Origin: Octopus sinensis
Taxonomy: Eukaryota
Assembly: GCF_006345805.1 (NCBI RefSeq)
Contig: NC_043014.1
Span: 22,010,001-22,074,000, forward strand
Reading direction: 5' to 3'
Length of the DNA: 64,000 nucleotides
Shown: piece by piece, positions 1 through 12,493 of the stretch
How positions within the stretch are numbered: position 1 is the stretch's first letter
Layout of the letters: the number at the start of each line of letters is the position of its first letter
Program-made: the position numbers and the translations under genes
The notes under the pieces: generated by a model
Databases searched by the model: none
The model's input: the letters and a program-made list of their open reading frames with translations, nothing else
Told to the model about the DNA's origin: nothing

Positions 1-2364
1 CTTTTCGACTGATAGCAGTTTATGCTCCGTCCTTAACAGGCCGACCAGATTTCTTTCGACGTCTAGAGTCTTTCATGGGAACGTCTCGTCCTTTACTTTT
101 AGTGGGGGATTGGAATGCCACCCTGGACACGCATCTAGACTACGTGGGCAGAGATAGCAATAGAAGGGGATGCAAATGCCTCAAAGACCTGCTCAGACGT
201 TTCTAACTGTCTGACAGGTACCGACTGGACCACCCGAATGTGCCAATGTGGACATGGAGTAACCGCATCGGGTCGTCCAGATCATACTTAGATAGAGTAT
301 TCTGTAGGACAATAGATAAAAATAGTGTAGGTTGTCCACAATTTCATATAGTCAGTTACACAGATCACAAGTTTGTGACTTGTACACTTGACTTACATAA
401 GACACATAGGCAGGGTCCTGGTTACTGGAAACTGAACGCGTCTTTTACAGCACGACAGGTTTACAGCACATTAGTTAAGAGAGCTTTGACGGGTACCATC
501 ATCAACAACAGATGGTGGTATGCCCTAAAAAAAGCAATTAAAGCAGAATCAGTCAGATACAGTAGAGCCCTAGCATTAGACCGAAATAGAATAGAGGGAG
601 AATTAGTTAAGGTTTTAGAAGAGGCACTTAGAACTGGCATCGCGTCCAACGTGCTGGCGGCGAGATTGGCCCTCGACCAACACCTCAACGCCAAACACGA
701 GGGATGCGTTGTCAGAGCTAGGATGCGTGCTCTGAGGAACGAAGGAGTTGGAGCCGCCCAAGAGGCCCGAGTGGTGGAGACGCAACGAGGCAACAGAGCC
801 ACCATCAAGTCTCTTATAGATGAACAGGGGCGCGAATTGCTCGAGCCTAAAAGGATGTGTGGGGCTTTTCAACAACACTTCACCCAACTGTTGGGACAAG
901 TGGTGGGTCAGAACGCAGAGTGGACTTTAGTGCCTACCTGCATGCCTTGCCACGACTCTCAGCAAGAGAGGTGGAGTCTTGTGAAAGGCCTATCACAGCT
1001 GCGGACGTACAGGATGCGATGGTAGGCTGCGCGAGAGACAAGTCACCAGGCTTGGATGGTCTGCCCTACGAACTTTATTTTCATATGCCAGACTTGTTTG
1101 GAGGCGTCTTGGCAGCTGTCTACTGCAACTGGCAGCAAAACAGGAGTATTCCTGCTTTTGTAAAGCGAGGAGCAGTGGCACTGATTAAGAAAGACCCAAA
1201 CAAGGGGGACGTCATAGATAATTTCAGGCCCATCACTCTGCTCAACGCAGATTTGAAAACTGGAACGTATACTCTTCCGCTTCTTGTGGAAGGGAAACGT
1301 TCCGATGGTTAGGCGATCCATTTGCTGTCAACACCCGCAAAATGGAGGGCTGGGCATGCCGTGGTTGATGATGCGCAGACATGCGCTGAGACTGCGACAT
1401 CTCCGGCGCTTCATAGACAACGGTGAACAGGTGTGGTCGCCTTTTGTGCGGCGCGCTTTCCCGCAGCTCGTCTCCTTGGACGAACTACAGTCATGGATCA
1501 AGCAGAGACCGAGGCTAGGCGAATGGCACCGCGAGTGTCGCGTTGCTCTCAAGCAACTCTGCCGTCCGGGATCGAACTTGTGCGACTCCATCACAACAAA
1601 GGCATTCTATAGAGGATTAGAGGAGGGGAGGTGCGACGACGAACTCGGGCAGAGTCTGGTCGTCGACGAGGAACACCTGACCCACCAGTTCAGGACAACT
1701 TTCGGGCCGGGACCTATGAACAATCACCAAAGATCCCTGGCCTGGCAGTGCTATCGAGAAGCATTACCTGTTCGGGATAAGCTCTACAGACACGGTTCCA
1801 GACACACTGGACCGACTTGCCCGAGATGCGGTCAGAGCGAGGAAACCGTTCTGCACGCACTCGTGCAATGTCCAACCATTTCAGACCTGTGGGCTTATGC
1901 CGAACAGCTGCTGTCACGTGTGGGACGAATCCGCCTATCGGTCGAGTCTATCGTGAGAATTGCTCCGCCCCTTCCCTCAACCGGGAAGGCAAGGCAGTTT
2001 TCATCGTACTGGTGGCCATGGTGAAAGAATGTGTGTGGTGGACCCGAGCGAAAGGATTAGAGACAAACACTTATCTCTCTGGCCAATCGCTCATCAACTT
2101 TTTCAAGTACCACTTGAAAAGGAAGGTGAGAATGGAGAGGGAAGTTTTGTCTCGCGAAAGATTAAAAAAAAGATGGGTGAATGTTGCAAAGATGGTGCGT
2201 GCTAGAGACGAAACCATTTTGAGCATGATCCTGTAGATCGTAAAAAAAGAAAGAAAGAGAGCATTTTGATCTCATGTGGTTATTTCCTCCCTGACTGAGG
2301 TTCCCGTGGTCTTTTCTGTAGGCTTTTCTTCCCACGGATGAACCCAATCTTGTTATATCAATGT
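1..2364 (+). mobile_element. Tx1-clade non-LTR retrotransposon copy A (runs off window 5' end; internally deleted ORF2; 3' UTR cut short)
   Basis: Collinear with copy E ORF2: [58 protein letters not shown]. Jumps at ~1260 from the RT N-terminus to the post-RT region. ORF2 stop at 2236. Ends in a short TATCTATCTATCTA run at ~2365-2378. Confidence 0.93.
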
Positions 2365-2378
2365 TATCTATCTATCTA

Positions 2379-3300
2379 AATACCTGACCCGCCTGTTTGA
2401 AACGACTTTCGGGCCGGGACCTATGGACAACTTTCAGAGATCCCTGGCCTGGCAGTGCTACCGAGAAGCGCTACCCGTTCGGGATAAGCTCTATAGGCAT
2501 GGCTCGAGAAACACGGGGCCGACCTGCCCGAGATGCGGGCAGAGCGACGAAACCGCTCTGCACGCAATCGTGCAGTGTCCAACAATCTCCGACCTGTGGG
2601 CTTATGTCGAACGACTGCTGTCACGTGTGGGACGTGTCGGTTTATCAGCCGAGTCTATCGTTAATATCGTCACGCCTCCTTCCTTCAAACGGGAAGGAAG
2701 AGCTATTTTTATCATACTTGTGGCTATGGCGAAAGAATGTATCTGGTGGACGCGCCTGAAAGGATTAGAAACAAACACTTTCCTCTCTGGTCAATCTCTC
2801 ATCAACTTCTTATCACTTGAAGGGGAAAGTGAGAGTAGAGAGGCAAGTTTTGTCTAGTGAATCTTTTAAAAAAAGATGGGTGAATGTAGCAAGGATGGCA
2901 CGTATGGATGACGAAGCCACCTTGACTATGATTCTATGAACCGTAAAAATTAATACAGAGAGTTGCTTATTTGCAAAAAAAAAAAAAAAAATGAAATATA
3001 ACATGTGACTTCATTGACCGAGGTTACCGTGGTCTTTTCCGTAGGCTTTTCTTTCCACGGGTAAACCTCACCTGTCCTCCCCTTTACACTTCATATTGAC
3101 ATTTCTGTGATAACGATCCCTATTGATCCAATTTCCCCCCCTTTTTTTCTTTTATCCCCTCCTTTTTTGTTCTCTTTTTTTCCATTTAAGATCCCTTTTG
3201 ATCGAAAACCAAACCCCCTTCTTTTACCCCCAAAAGAAAAGCTCTACCTTGTAATTTTGTCCTGTCTGTGTGCAGCCCTGTGTGGCTAATAAAGAAACAT
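2379..3300 (+). mobile_element. Tx1 copy B, 5'-truncated (ORF2 C-terminus + 3' UTR)
   Basis: [25 protein letters not shown] segment; ends GCCCTGTGTGGCTAATAAAGAAACAT directly followed by (CTAT)n. Confidence 0.93.
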
Positions 3301-3325
3301 CTATCTATCTATCTATCTATCTATA

Positions 3326-3378
<53 letters not shown>

Positions 3379-3411
3379 GTCTGTCTGTCTGTCTGTCTAT
3401 CTGTCTGTCTA

Positions 3412-3470
<59 letters not shown>

Positions 3471-3504
3471 GTCTGTCTATCTGTCTATCTGTCTGTCAAT
3501 CTAC

Positions 3505-3567
<63 letters not shown>
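3301..3567. repeat. (TATC)n/(TGTC)n tetranucleotide microsatellite between Tx1 copies B and C
   Basis: Directly visible tandem repeat. Confidence 0.97.
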
Positions 3568-3570
<3 letters not shown>

Positions 3571-4759
3571 CAGGCTCTTCGTAGACGACGGTGAACAGGT
3601 GTGGTCGCCGTTTGTGAGGCACGCTTTCCCGCAGCTCGTCTCCATGACCGAACTACAGTCGTGGATCAAAAAGAGGCAGAGGAAGGGCGAATGGCACCGC
3701 GAGTGTCGCGTTGCTCTCAAGCAACTCTGCCGTCCTGGGTCAACCTTGAGTGACTTCCACACAACCAAAGCATTCTATAGGGAATTAGTGGAGGGGAGGT
3801 ACGACGACGAGCTCGGGGCGAACCTGGACGTCGACGAGGAGTACCTGACCCGCCTGTTCAGGACGACTTTCGGGCCAGGGCCCATGGACAACTTCCAGAG
3901 ATCCCTGGCCTGGCAGTGCTACCGAGAAGCGCTACCCGTTCGGGATAAGCTCTACAGACACGGCTCGAGAAACACGGGGCCGACCTGCCCGAGATGCGGT
4001 CAGAGAGACGAAACCGTTCTGCACGCACTCGTGCAGTGTCCAACAATTTCCGACCTGTGGGCTTATGTCGAACAACTGCTGTCACGTGTGGGACGAGTTG
4101 GTTTATCAACTGAGTCTATCGTCAATATTGTCACGCCTCCTTCCTTCAAACGGGAAGGAAGAGCTATTTTCATCATCCTTGTGGCTATGGCGAAAGAATG
4201 TATCTGGTGGACGCGTCTGAAAGGATTGGAGACAAACACTTTCCTCTCTGGTCAATCTCTCATCAACTTCTTCAAGTACCACTTGAAAAGGAAAGTGAGA
4301 GTAGAGAGGCAAGTTTTGTCTAGCGAATGTTTTAAAAAAAGATGGGTGAATGTAGCAAGGATGGCACGTATGAATGACGAAGCCACCTTGACTATGATTC
4401 TATGAACCATAAAAATTAATACAGAGAGTTGCTTATTTGCAAAAAAAAAAAGAAAAGAAATATAACATGTGACTTCATTGACCGAGGTTACCGTGGTCTT
4501 TTCCATAGGCTTTTCTTTCCACGGGTAAACCTCACCTGTCCTCCCCTTTACACTTCATATTGACATTTCTGTGATAACGATCCCTATTGATCAATTTTTT
4601 TTCCTCTCCCTTTTTAACCCCCCCTTTTTTTGTCCTCTTTCTCTCCTTTTACGATCCCTTTTGATCGAACCCCCCCCTTTTTTTTTACCTTCAAAAGAAA
4701 AGCTCTCCCTTGTAATTTGTTCTATCTGTGTGCAGCCCTGTGTGGCTAATAAAGAAACA

Positions 4760-4760
<1 letters not shown>
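3568..4760 (+). mobile_element. Tx1 copy C, 5'-truncated
   Basis: ORF 3599..4405 is the ORF2 C-terminus with the CCHC (zf-RVT-like) motif; same 3' terminus ..CTAATAAAGAAACAT + (ATCT)n. Confidence 0.94.
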
Positions 4761-4830
<70 letters not shown>

Positions 4831-4831
4831 A
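4761..4831. repeat. (ATCT)n microsatellite
   Basis: Directly visible. Confidence 0.97.
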
Positions 4832-4883
4832 TCCATGCAAATGCAGGCACATGTAAATCTGAAAGCGTATATATCTGCATGTG

Positions 4884-5784
4884 TCCAGAGATCCCTGGCC
4901 TGGCGGTGCTACCGAGAAGCGCTACCCGTTCGGGATAAGCTCTATAGGCATGGCTCGAGAAACACGGGCCCGACTTGCCCGAGTGCGGGCAGAGCGACGA
5001 AACTGCTCTGCACGCAATCGTGCAGTGTCCAGCAATTTCCGACCTGTGGGCTTATGTCGAACGACTGCTGTCACGTGTGGGACGTGTCGGTTTATCAGCC
5101 GAGTTTATCGTTAATATCGTCACGCCTCCTTCCTTCAAACAGGAAGGAAGAGCTATTTTTATCATACTTGTGGCTATGGCGAAAGAATGTATCTGGTGGA
5201 CGCGCCTGAAAGGATTAGAGACAAACACTTTCCTCTCTGGTCAATCTCTCATCAACTTCTTCAAGTATCACTTGAAGAGGAAAGTGAGAGTAGAGAGGCA
5301 AGTTTTGTCTAGTGAATGTTTTAAAAAAAGATGGGTGAATGTAGCAAGGATGGCACGTATGAATGACGAAGCCACCTTGACTATGATTCTATGAACCGTA
5401 AAAATTAATACAGAGAGTTGCTTATTTGCAAAAAAAAAAATAAAAGAAAGAAATATAACATGTGACTTCATTGACTGAGGTTACCGTGGTCTTTTCCGTA
5501 GGCTTTTCTTTCCAAGGGTAAACCTCACCTGTCCTCCCCTTTACACTTCATATTGACATTTCTGTGATTACGATCCCTATTGATCAACTTTTTTCCTCTC
5601 CCCTTTCCTTTTTTTCCCCTCTCCCCCCTTATTTTAAAAAATCCTCCCCTTTTTTGTCCTCTTTCTTTCCTTTTACGATCCCTTTTGATCGAAAACCAAC
5701 CCCCTTTTTTTACCCCCAAAAGAAAAGCTCTACCTTGTAATTTGTTCTGTCTGTGTGCAGCCCTGTGTGGCTAATAAAGAAACA

Positions 5785-5785
<1 letters not shown>
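4884..5785 (+). mobile_element. Tx1 copy D, 5'-truncated
   Basis: Near-identical to copy B. Begins at TCCAGAGATCCCTGG and ends ..CTAATAAAGAAACAT + (ATCT)n. Confidence 0.93.
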
Positions 5786-5850
<65 letters not shown>

Positions 5851-5866
5851 ACTATCTGTCTATCTG

Positions 5867-5938
<72 letters not shown>
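5786..5938. repeat. (ATCT)n microsatellite upstream of the full-length Tx1
   Basis: Directly visible. Confidence 0.97.
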
Positions 5939-6093
5939 CGGACGTGCTGTCACTTCGGCTCCGAAGGTAATCGTTTATTTTGACTATTTATAGCCCATAT
6001 TTTTGTACATTTTTGTAAATAAGGTGTGTAAGGCACTCAACTTTCGTTTGAGTGCTTTTCCAAGGGAGGCATTCGCCCCTAGGGGCAGTTTCA

Positions 6094-6147
6094 AACCTAG
6101 TTAATTTGTGTAACCTAGTTAAATTGTGTAACCTAGTTAAATTGTAT
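6094..6147 (+). repeat. Three tandem 18-bp units (AACCTAGTTAAATTGTGT) in the Tx1 5' UTR
   Basis: Units at 6094, 6112 and 6130; a role as internal promoter monomers is inference only. Confidence 0.8.
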
Positions 6148-6172
6148 TGTAGAACGCTGGTCGCGTTCTTTT

Positions 6173-7764
6173 ATGGACCAGCATTTTCCTAGTCTGGAAA
6201 CGCTAGGCGAAAAAAAGAACGTATGCACGCAAAGTGCAAACCTGAATGACGTGGTAGTGAACGCTGCAACCACTTGCGGTAACAGCCCTGTCGCCACCAC
6301 CACCACCACCACCACTAACAACAACAACAACGAGACTACTACTGCTACCACCACCACCACCACTACCACCACGACCAACATAAATGATAAAAATGAAACT
6401 CACGCGAATACTATTAAGAAAAACAACAACAAGAAGAACAACAATAAAAATGAACTATCTAATAGTGAAGATGTTAATATAAAAAAATCAACAACACCAG
6501 TAAATTTCACTGACACTCTTCGTCAGAAGAAAGAAATAGTAACATTTACAAATGAAGAGCTAATAGAAACGAGAGCTCTCTTTACAACCCGTGGGCAAGA
6601 TTTAGTGCTGCATACACCTCAACACATAAAGGAACAAATAGAAAATAAGACAATTATATATAAAATTATAAGAAAAAACAAAAAGCAAAATGAACAGATT
6701 ACAAAAACGGATATAGAAAAATGTCTAAAAAACATAATGAAAAAAAAGAATATATAAACTGGGGTCCCCAGTTTAACACAGTAGTGGGCCGCTTCCCTAA
6801 CCAGGAAGTGGCAAAAGCTCACTCTACCGAGTCTTTGGAAAATGATGATATCAAAATGGTACCTTATTTCAAAGGCCAGAGAGTGAGTAGAATTACTATT
6901 AAAAATGTACCCCCCGAGATCCCGAACAAATGGATAACAGGGGCAATCTGTTACCATTTGAAAAAGATCAATATTTTAGAAACCGCCGTGTACCTAAACG
7001 ACAATTGGGGTGGAAAAACAATAGTAGTGACCATCCAGATTGAGGGGGCCTCTATCGAGAGCCTACCCGATAGGATCCACCTAGAAAATGGGCAAAGCCT
7101 ATATGTTGTGGCAGAAGGCAAAACGCCTAGATGCTACAACTGTGGCAGCCCAGAGCATTTAATTGCCAAGTGCGCTCTAGCACAGAAAAAACAAGAAAGA
7201 ACAAATCAGAAAACAAATAAAAAACCCTTGTTGCCAACACCAACACCAACACACTCAATTATGGAACAATGCCAAGAAGAAAAACAACAAACCAGCAAAC
7301 AAACCCCAACAACATCACCAAGAAAAGAAACAGTACCAACAAAATCACCGTTGACGACGCAACCAGTTTATCATGCTGAACCAAAAGGTAGACCCACACC
7401 AACACCCAGGACGACAATTAAAAAGACAGAAAACAGTGACGAGAAGACAAATTCTACCCCTAACACCATAACAACACAAACACCGCACAAAACATCAACA
7501 ATTTCTACAAGCGTACATATTAACACAAATGCTTTGCCTTTACCCTCTTCTGATACGTCGGACGACGAAAGTTCGATGGAATGGCAAATAGCCACAGGGG
7601 GTAAAAGGAAAAAATCAAAAAAGCCCACCAAACAAGGAAGTAAAGCAGGGAGATATTTAACTCCGGACAGCATCCCACTAGACAATAAAAAAATCAATGA
7701 ACCCGCAAAACCACACACACAACTAACTGCAATAGACACAGACAATAAAAAATTAATGGATTAG
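6173..7764 (+). pseudogene. Tx1 ORF1 (gag-like nucleic-acid-binding protein), frameshifted
   Basis: ORFs 6173..6757 and 6721..7764 overlap at an A-run (~6740). CCHC zinc knuckle CYNCGSPEHLIAKC; ITIKNVPPEI RRM-like motif; low-complexity Thr/Asn N-terminus and Pro/Thr/Lys C-terminus. The stop at 7764 may be premature. Confidence 0.85.
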
Positions 7765-8075
7765 ATTGTATCCAACACGGACATCTGTGAAGATGACTTT
7801 AAGACAAACAATCATCCGCGCACCACACCACCGAAGCACATAAAAATTGTACACATAACACAAACACAACACCATACACTGAAAACAATATTTCCAAATG
7901 CGGTAGGCGGGTTTCAACGATACCTCTCCAAGAAACTATACAAACACCTCATCAAAGACACTACAAAAGAAGAAGAAAAAAAATGAAACTTTCGAAATGA
8001 GTAAGTGACCTTCCCTCTTGCCTCTTGTCTCTTCCAATGTTTGTGTGTGAAACACAACTTTCGTAAACGTCAATT

Positions 8076-11000
8076 ATGCTTAAATTAGGTTGTGTGAATG
8101 CGCGTGGCTTGGCGTCGGCTTGGAAGCAAGGTTACCTTCTAAACGACATCAAGTCACTGAACGTGGATATAGTAGCTATCAGTGAAACCAGACTCAGCAA
8201 GTCGCGGGCCCTCGCGTCCATGTTTGGCGATCAATTTGACATTTATTTTTCTCCCTGTCTGCCGAACATGGGTGGTGGAGGTACCGCGGTGCTTTTTCGA
8301 AAGAGTCTAAATGTAAAAGTAAGAACAATATTCCTAGACCCGGAGGGTAGGCTGGTTGTCTTGGACGTGGATGGCAGAAATGGGTGTGCATTCCGTCTGA
8401 TGGCAGTTTATGCACCGTCCTTAACGGGTCGGGCGGATTTCTTCAGACGTCTAGAGGTTTTCCTGGGTACGTCTAGACCTTTACTGTTAGTAGGGGATTG
8501 GAACGCTACCTTGGACACGCATCTAGATTATGTGGGAATGGATAGGAATAGAAGGGGGTGTAAGTGCCTCAAAGACCTACTCAGACGTTTCCATTTGTCT
8601 GACAGGTTCCGACTCGACCATCCGAACGTGCCAACGTGGACTTAGACAAACCGCGTCGGATCGTCGAGATCTTATCTAGATAGAATTCTATGCACGACAG
8701 CGGATAGGGATAGTGTAGGATGTCCACAATTTAAAATAGTCAGCTACACAGATCACAAATTTGTGACGTGTACGCTCGACTTAGATAAGACACATAGACA
8801 GGGTCCCGGTTACTGGAAACTGAACACGTCGCTCTTCGCGCGACAGGTTTACAGGAACCGGATTAGCGAGTTAATTAAGAGGGCGCTGACGGAAGCCGTC
8901 GTTAACAACCGCTGGTGGTTCGCCCTGAAAATGGCAATAAAATCGGAATCAATTAGGTTTAGCAAGGAATTAGCGATAGATCGAAACAGAGTAGAGGGAG
9001 ACCTAGTTAAGAAACTAGAAGAGGCACTTACCACTGGCAGCGCAACCAACGTGATGGCTGCGAGGATGGCGCTCGACCAACACCTCAACGCCAAGCACGA
9101 AGGTTGCGTCGTCAGAGCTAAAATGCGTGCCTTAAGGAATGAAGGGATCGAAGCTGCGCGAGAGGCCCGGGTAGCGGAGGCGCAGCGTGGCAACAGAGCC
9201 ACCATTCGGTCTCTAATAGATCAACAGGGATGCAGTTTACTCGAACCCGAAAGGATGTGTGAGGCCTTTCAACAGCACTTTGCTCGATTGTTTGGTGCGA
9301 GTGGTGGGTCGGAAGGCAGGATGGATTTCAGTGCCTACCTGACCAACCTGCCGCGGCTCTCGGCAAGAGAAGCGGAGTGTTGTGAAAGTCCCATCACAGC
9401 CGCTAACGTGCGGGCTGCGATGGCGGGCCGCGCGAGGGATAAGTCGTCTGGATTGGATGGTTTACCCTACGAGCTGTATTGTCATATGCCAGACTTGTTT
9501 GACGACCTCTTGGCATCAGTCTACTGCAACTGGCAACAAAACGGGAGAATTCCCGGTTTCGTGAGCCGAGGTGCAGTGACGTTGCTGAAGAAAGACCCAA
9601 ACAAGGGGAATTTTATAGATAATTTCAGGCCCATCACTCTGCTCAACGCAGATTTGAAAATTTTGGCCAAGGTAATAGCCGAGAGGTTGGCGCTTGTCAT
9701 TGGTAAACTGGTCGACAGGGCTCAAACATGCGCCGTGCCGGGCAGAACCATACATGACAACCTCCATCTGATGCGCTACATTGTGGACAGGGTAGTTAAG
9801 GATACTGGCATGGGTGGGGCGCTGATAAATTTGGATCAGTCTAAAGCATTCGATAGGGTCGACCATCGGTACTTGGCGGCCGTCCTCAGGGCGGCTGGCT
9901 TCGGTCCCGTCTTCTGCGGTTGGATCGCTGCCTTGTATAGCGGCATCCGATCGGTGATTCGGGTGAACGGTCACCTGTCGAAACCGTTTGACATCACGCG
10001 TTCGGTCCGTCAGGGGTGTCCCCTGTCGGCGCTTCTGTATGTATTGACTCTCGAGCCGCTACTGCGGAAGCTGGCGACACTGAGGGGCATCACACGGGAA
10101 CTGGGTTGCGGGACGAGTGTGTCGGCATATGCGGACGATGTCACCGTCATAGTGTCGAGCGACAAACACATCCAGATGATAGGCGAGACACTAAGAAAAT
10201 ACGAAACGGTGACGGGAGCGAAGATTAACCCGGAAAAGTCAGTGGGTTTGCTACTCGGCACCTGGAGAAGCAAGCCCATGCCGTCCGACTGCGGCTCAGT
10301 AGTGGGACGCTGGACGGACGGACCGGTTAAATTGCTCGGGGTCTGGTTCAGTCCGGACCTCCAAATGGATAAGAACTGGGACGAGATCACGTGTAGAGTG
10401 GTCGCTCTCAGCCAAACATGGGCCGAGAGAAAACTGTCTCTAAAAGGCCGGGCGGAGGTGGCGAACGCGTACATCGCATTCGTCATCGATTACCGCCTGA
10501 CCGTCGTGCCTTGTCCCGACGCCACCATCATCAAACTGGAACGCATACTCTTCCGCTTCCTGTGGAAGGGTGGCGTTCCGATGGTGAGGAAGTTCATTTG
10601 CTGTCAACATCCGTTGAATGGAGGACTGGGAATGCCGTGGTTGATGATGCGCAGGCATGCGCTGAGACTGCGGCATCTCTGGAACTTCATCGACGACGGT
10701 GAACAGGTGTGGGCGCCGTTTGTGAGGCGCGCCTTCCCGCAGCTCGTCTCACTGACCGAACTGCAAACGTGGATCAAAAAGAGACCGAAACTGGGCGATT
10801 GGCACCGAGAGTGTCGCCAAGTTCTACAGCAGCTCTGCCGACCGGAGTCAAACTTGTGCAACTTACAAACGACTAAAGCGTTCTATAGAGGACTAGTGGA
10901 GGGGAGGTCCGACGACACACTCGGGGCACACCTGGGCGTCGATGAGAAATTCCTAACCCGCCTGTTCAGGACGACGTTCGGGCCGGGGCCTATGGATAAC

Positions 11001-11527
11001 TTCCAGAAATCCCTGGCTTGGCAGTGCTATCGAGACGCACTACCTGTTCGAGAGAAGAGCTACAGACACGGTTCGAAAACCATCACCGGACCGACCTGCC
11101 CGAGATGCGGTCAGAGCGACGAAACCGTTCTGCACGCACTCGTGCAGTGTCCAGATATTTCAGAGCTGTGGACCTTCGTCCAGATATTTCAGAGCTGTGG
11201 ACGTTGTCACGTGTAGGTCGGGCCCGCCTATCGGCCGAGTCTTTCGTGAATATTGTTCCACCACCTTCCTTTAAACGGGAAGGGAAAACGGTTTTCATTA
11301 CACTGATGGCTATGGCGAAAGAATGTGTGTGGTGGACGCGTTTGAAAGGACTGCAAACAAACACCTTCCTCTCTGGTCAGTCTCTCATCAACTTTTTTAA
11401 GTACCACTTGAAAAGGATGAGAATAGAGAGGAAGGCTTTGTCGAACGAATGTTTTAATAAAAAGTGGGTAAAAGTGGCAAAAATAGTCAGTATGAAAGAC
11501 GACACTATTTTAAGCATAAATCTGTAA
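8076..11527 (+). pseudogene. Tx1 ORF2: APE endonuclease + reverse transcriptase + C-terminal CCHC
   Basis: EN motifs NARG, ISET, VYAP, GDWN, YLDR, TDH. RT motifs FRPITLLN, LDQSKAFDRV, VRQGCPLS, AYADD. C-terminal [15 protein letters not shown]. Lesions: TAG at 8643-8645 (TGG in copy A) and a 25-bp duplication (11149-11173/11178-11202) causing a frameshift. Confidence 0.95.
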
Positions 11528-11643
11528 CCAAAAGAGACAACGAGAAGTAAGGCGACTTACTCATGTGTTCTTTTTCGAATTGTCTGAGGTGACCTTGGTC
11601 TTTTTTGTAGGTTTTTCTTTCCAAGGCTACACCTAAACTGTGA

Positions 11644-11686
<43 letters not shown>

Positions 11687-11843
11687 CTTTTTTATACACC
11701 ACACAACCTACAGATCCCTATTGACCAAACGTTTTCTTTTTTTTTTTTGTGCCCCACCCATCCCACCTCGAAAAGAAAAAATTCTACATTGTATTTCGTC
11801 CATTTTTATTCTGTGTTTAGCCCTGTGTGGCTACAATAAAAAG

Positions 11844-11844
<1 letters not shown>

Positions 11845-11929
<85 letters not shown>

Positions 11930-11967
11930 GTCCGTCTGTCTGTCTGTTTGTCTCTATCTATCTATCA

Positions 11968-12034
<67 letters not shown>
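11845..12034. repeat. (TATC)n with variant block GTCCGTCTGTCTGTCTGTTTGTCTCT
   Basis: Directly visible; variant block at 11930-11955. Confidence 0.96.
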
Positions 12035-12036
<2 letters not shown>

Positions 12037-12397
12037 ATACAGAGAGATGCTTATTTGTAAAAAAAATATAACATGTAACTTCATTGACCGAGGTTACCGT
12101 GGTCTTTTCCGTAGGCTTTTCTTTCCACGGGTAAACCTCACCTGTCTTCTCTTTTACACTTTATATTGATATTTCTGTGATAACGATCCCTATTGATCGA
12201 TTTTTCTTTTTCTTTTTCTTTTTTTATTTATTTATTTATTTTATTTTTTTTTTGTTTTTTGCTTTCCTCTTTCTTTCCATTTAACGATCTCTTTTGATCG
12301 AAAACCAATCCACGTTTTTTTTTATCCCCCAAAAGAAAAGCTCTACCTTGTAATTTGTCCCGTCTGTGTGCAGCCCTATGTGGCTAATAAAGAAACA

Positions 12398-12398
<1 letters not shown>
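12035..12398 (+). mobile_element. Tx1 copy F, 3' UTR-only fragment (B/C/D subfamily)
   Basis: Matches the 3' UTR of copies B-D; ends GGCTAATAAAGAAACAT + (ATCT)n. Confidence 0.92.
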
Positions 12399-12470
<72 letters not shown>

Positions 12471-12493
12471 GTCCGTCTGTCTGTCTGTTTGTC

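Larger units (their letters stand above)
5939..11844 (+). mobile_element. Full-length Tx1-clade non-LTR retrotransposon copy E (5' UTR, ORF1, ORF2, 3' UTR), a distinct subfamily
   Basis: Two-ORF L1/Tx1 architecture, flanked on both sides by (TATC)n; ends GCCCTGTGTGGCTACAATAAAAAGT. Confidence 0.95.

Noticed and set aside
3268-3594. ORFs such as (LSIY)n, (YVCM)n, (HT)n, (YI)n, poly-V and poly-F here and throughout the window
   Set aside because: They are translations of TATC, TATG, CA, TA, TAG and TTC microsatellites that lack stop codons; not genes.
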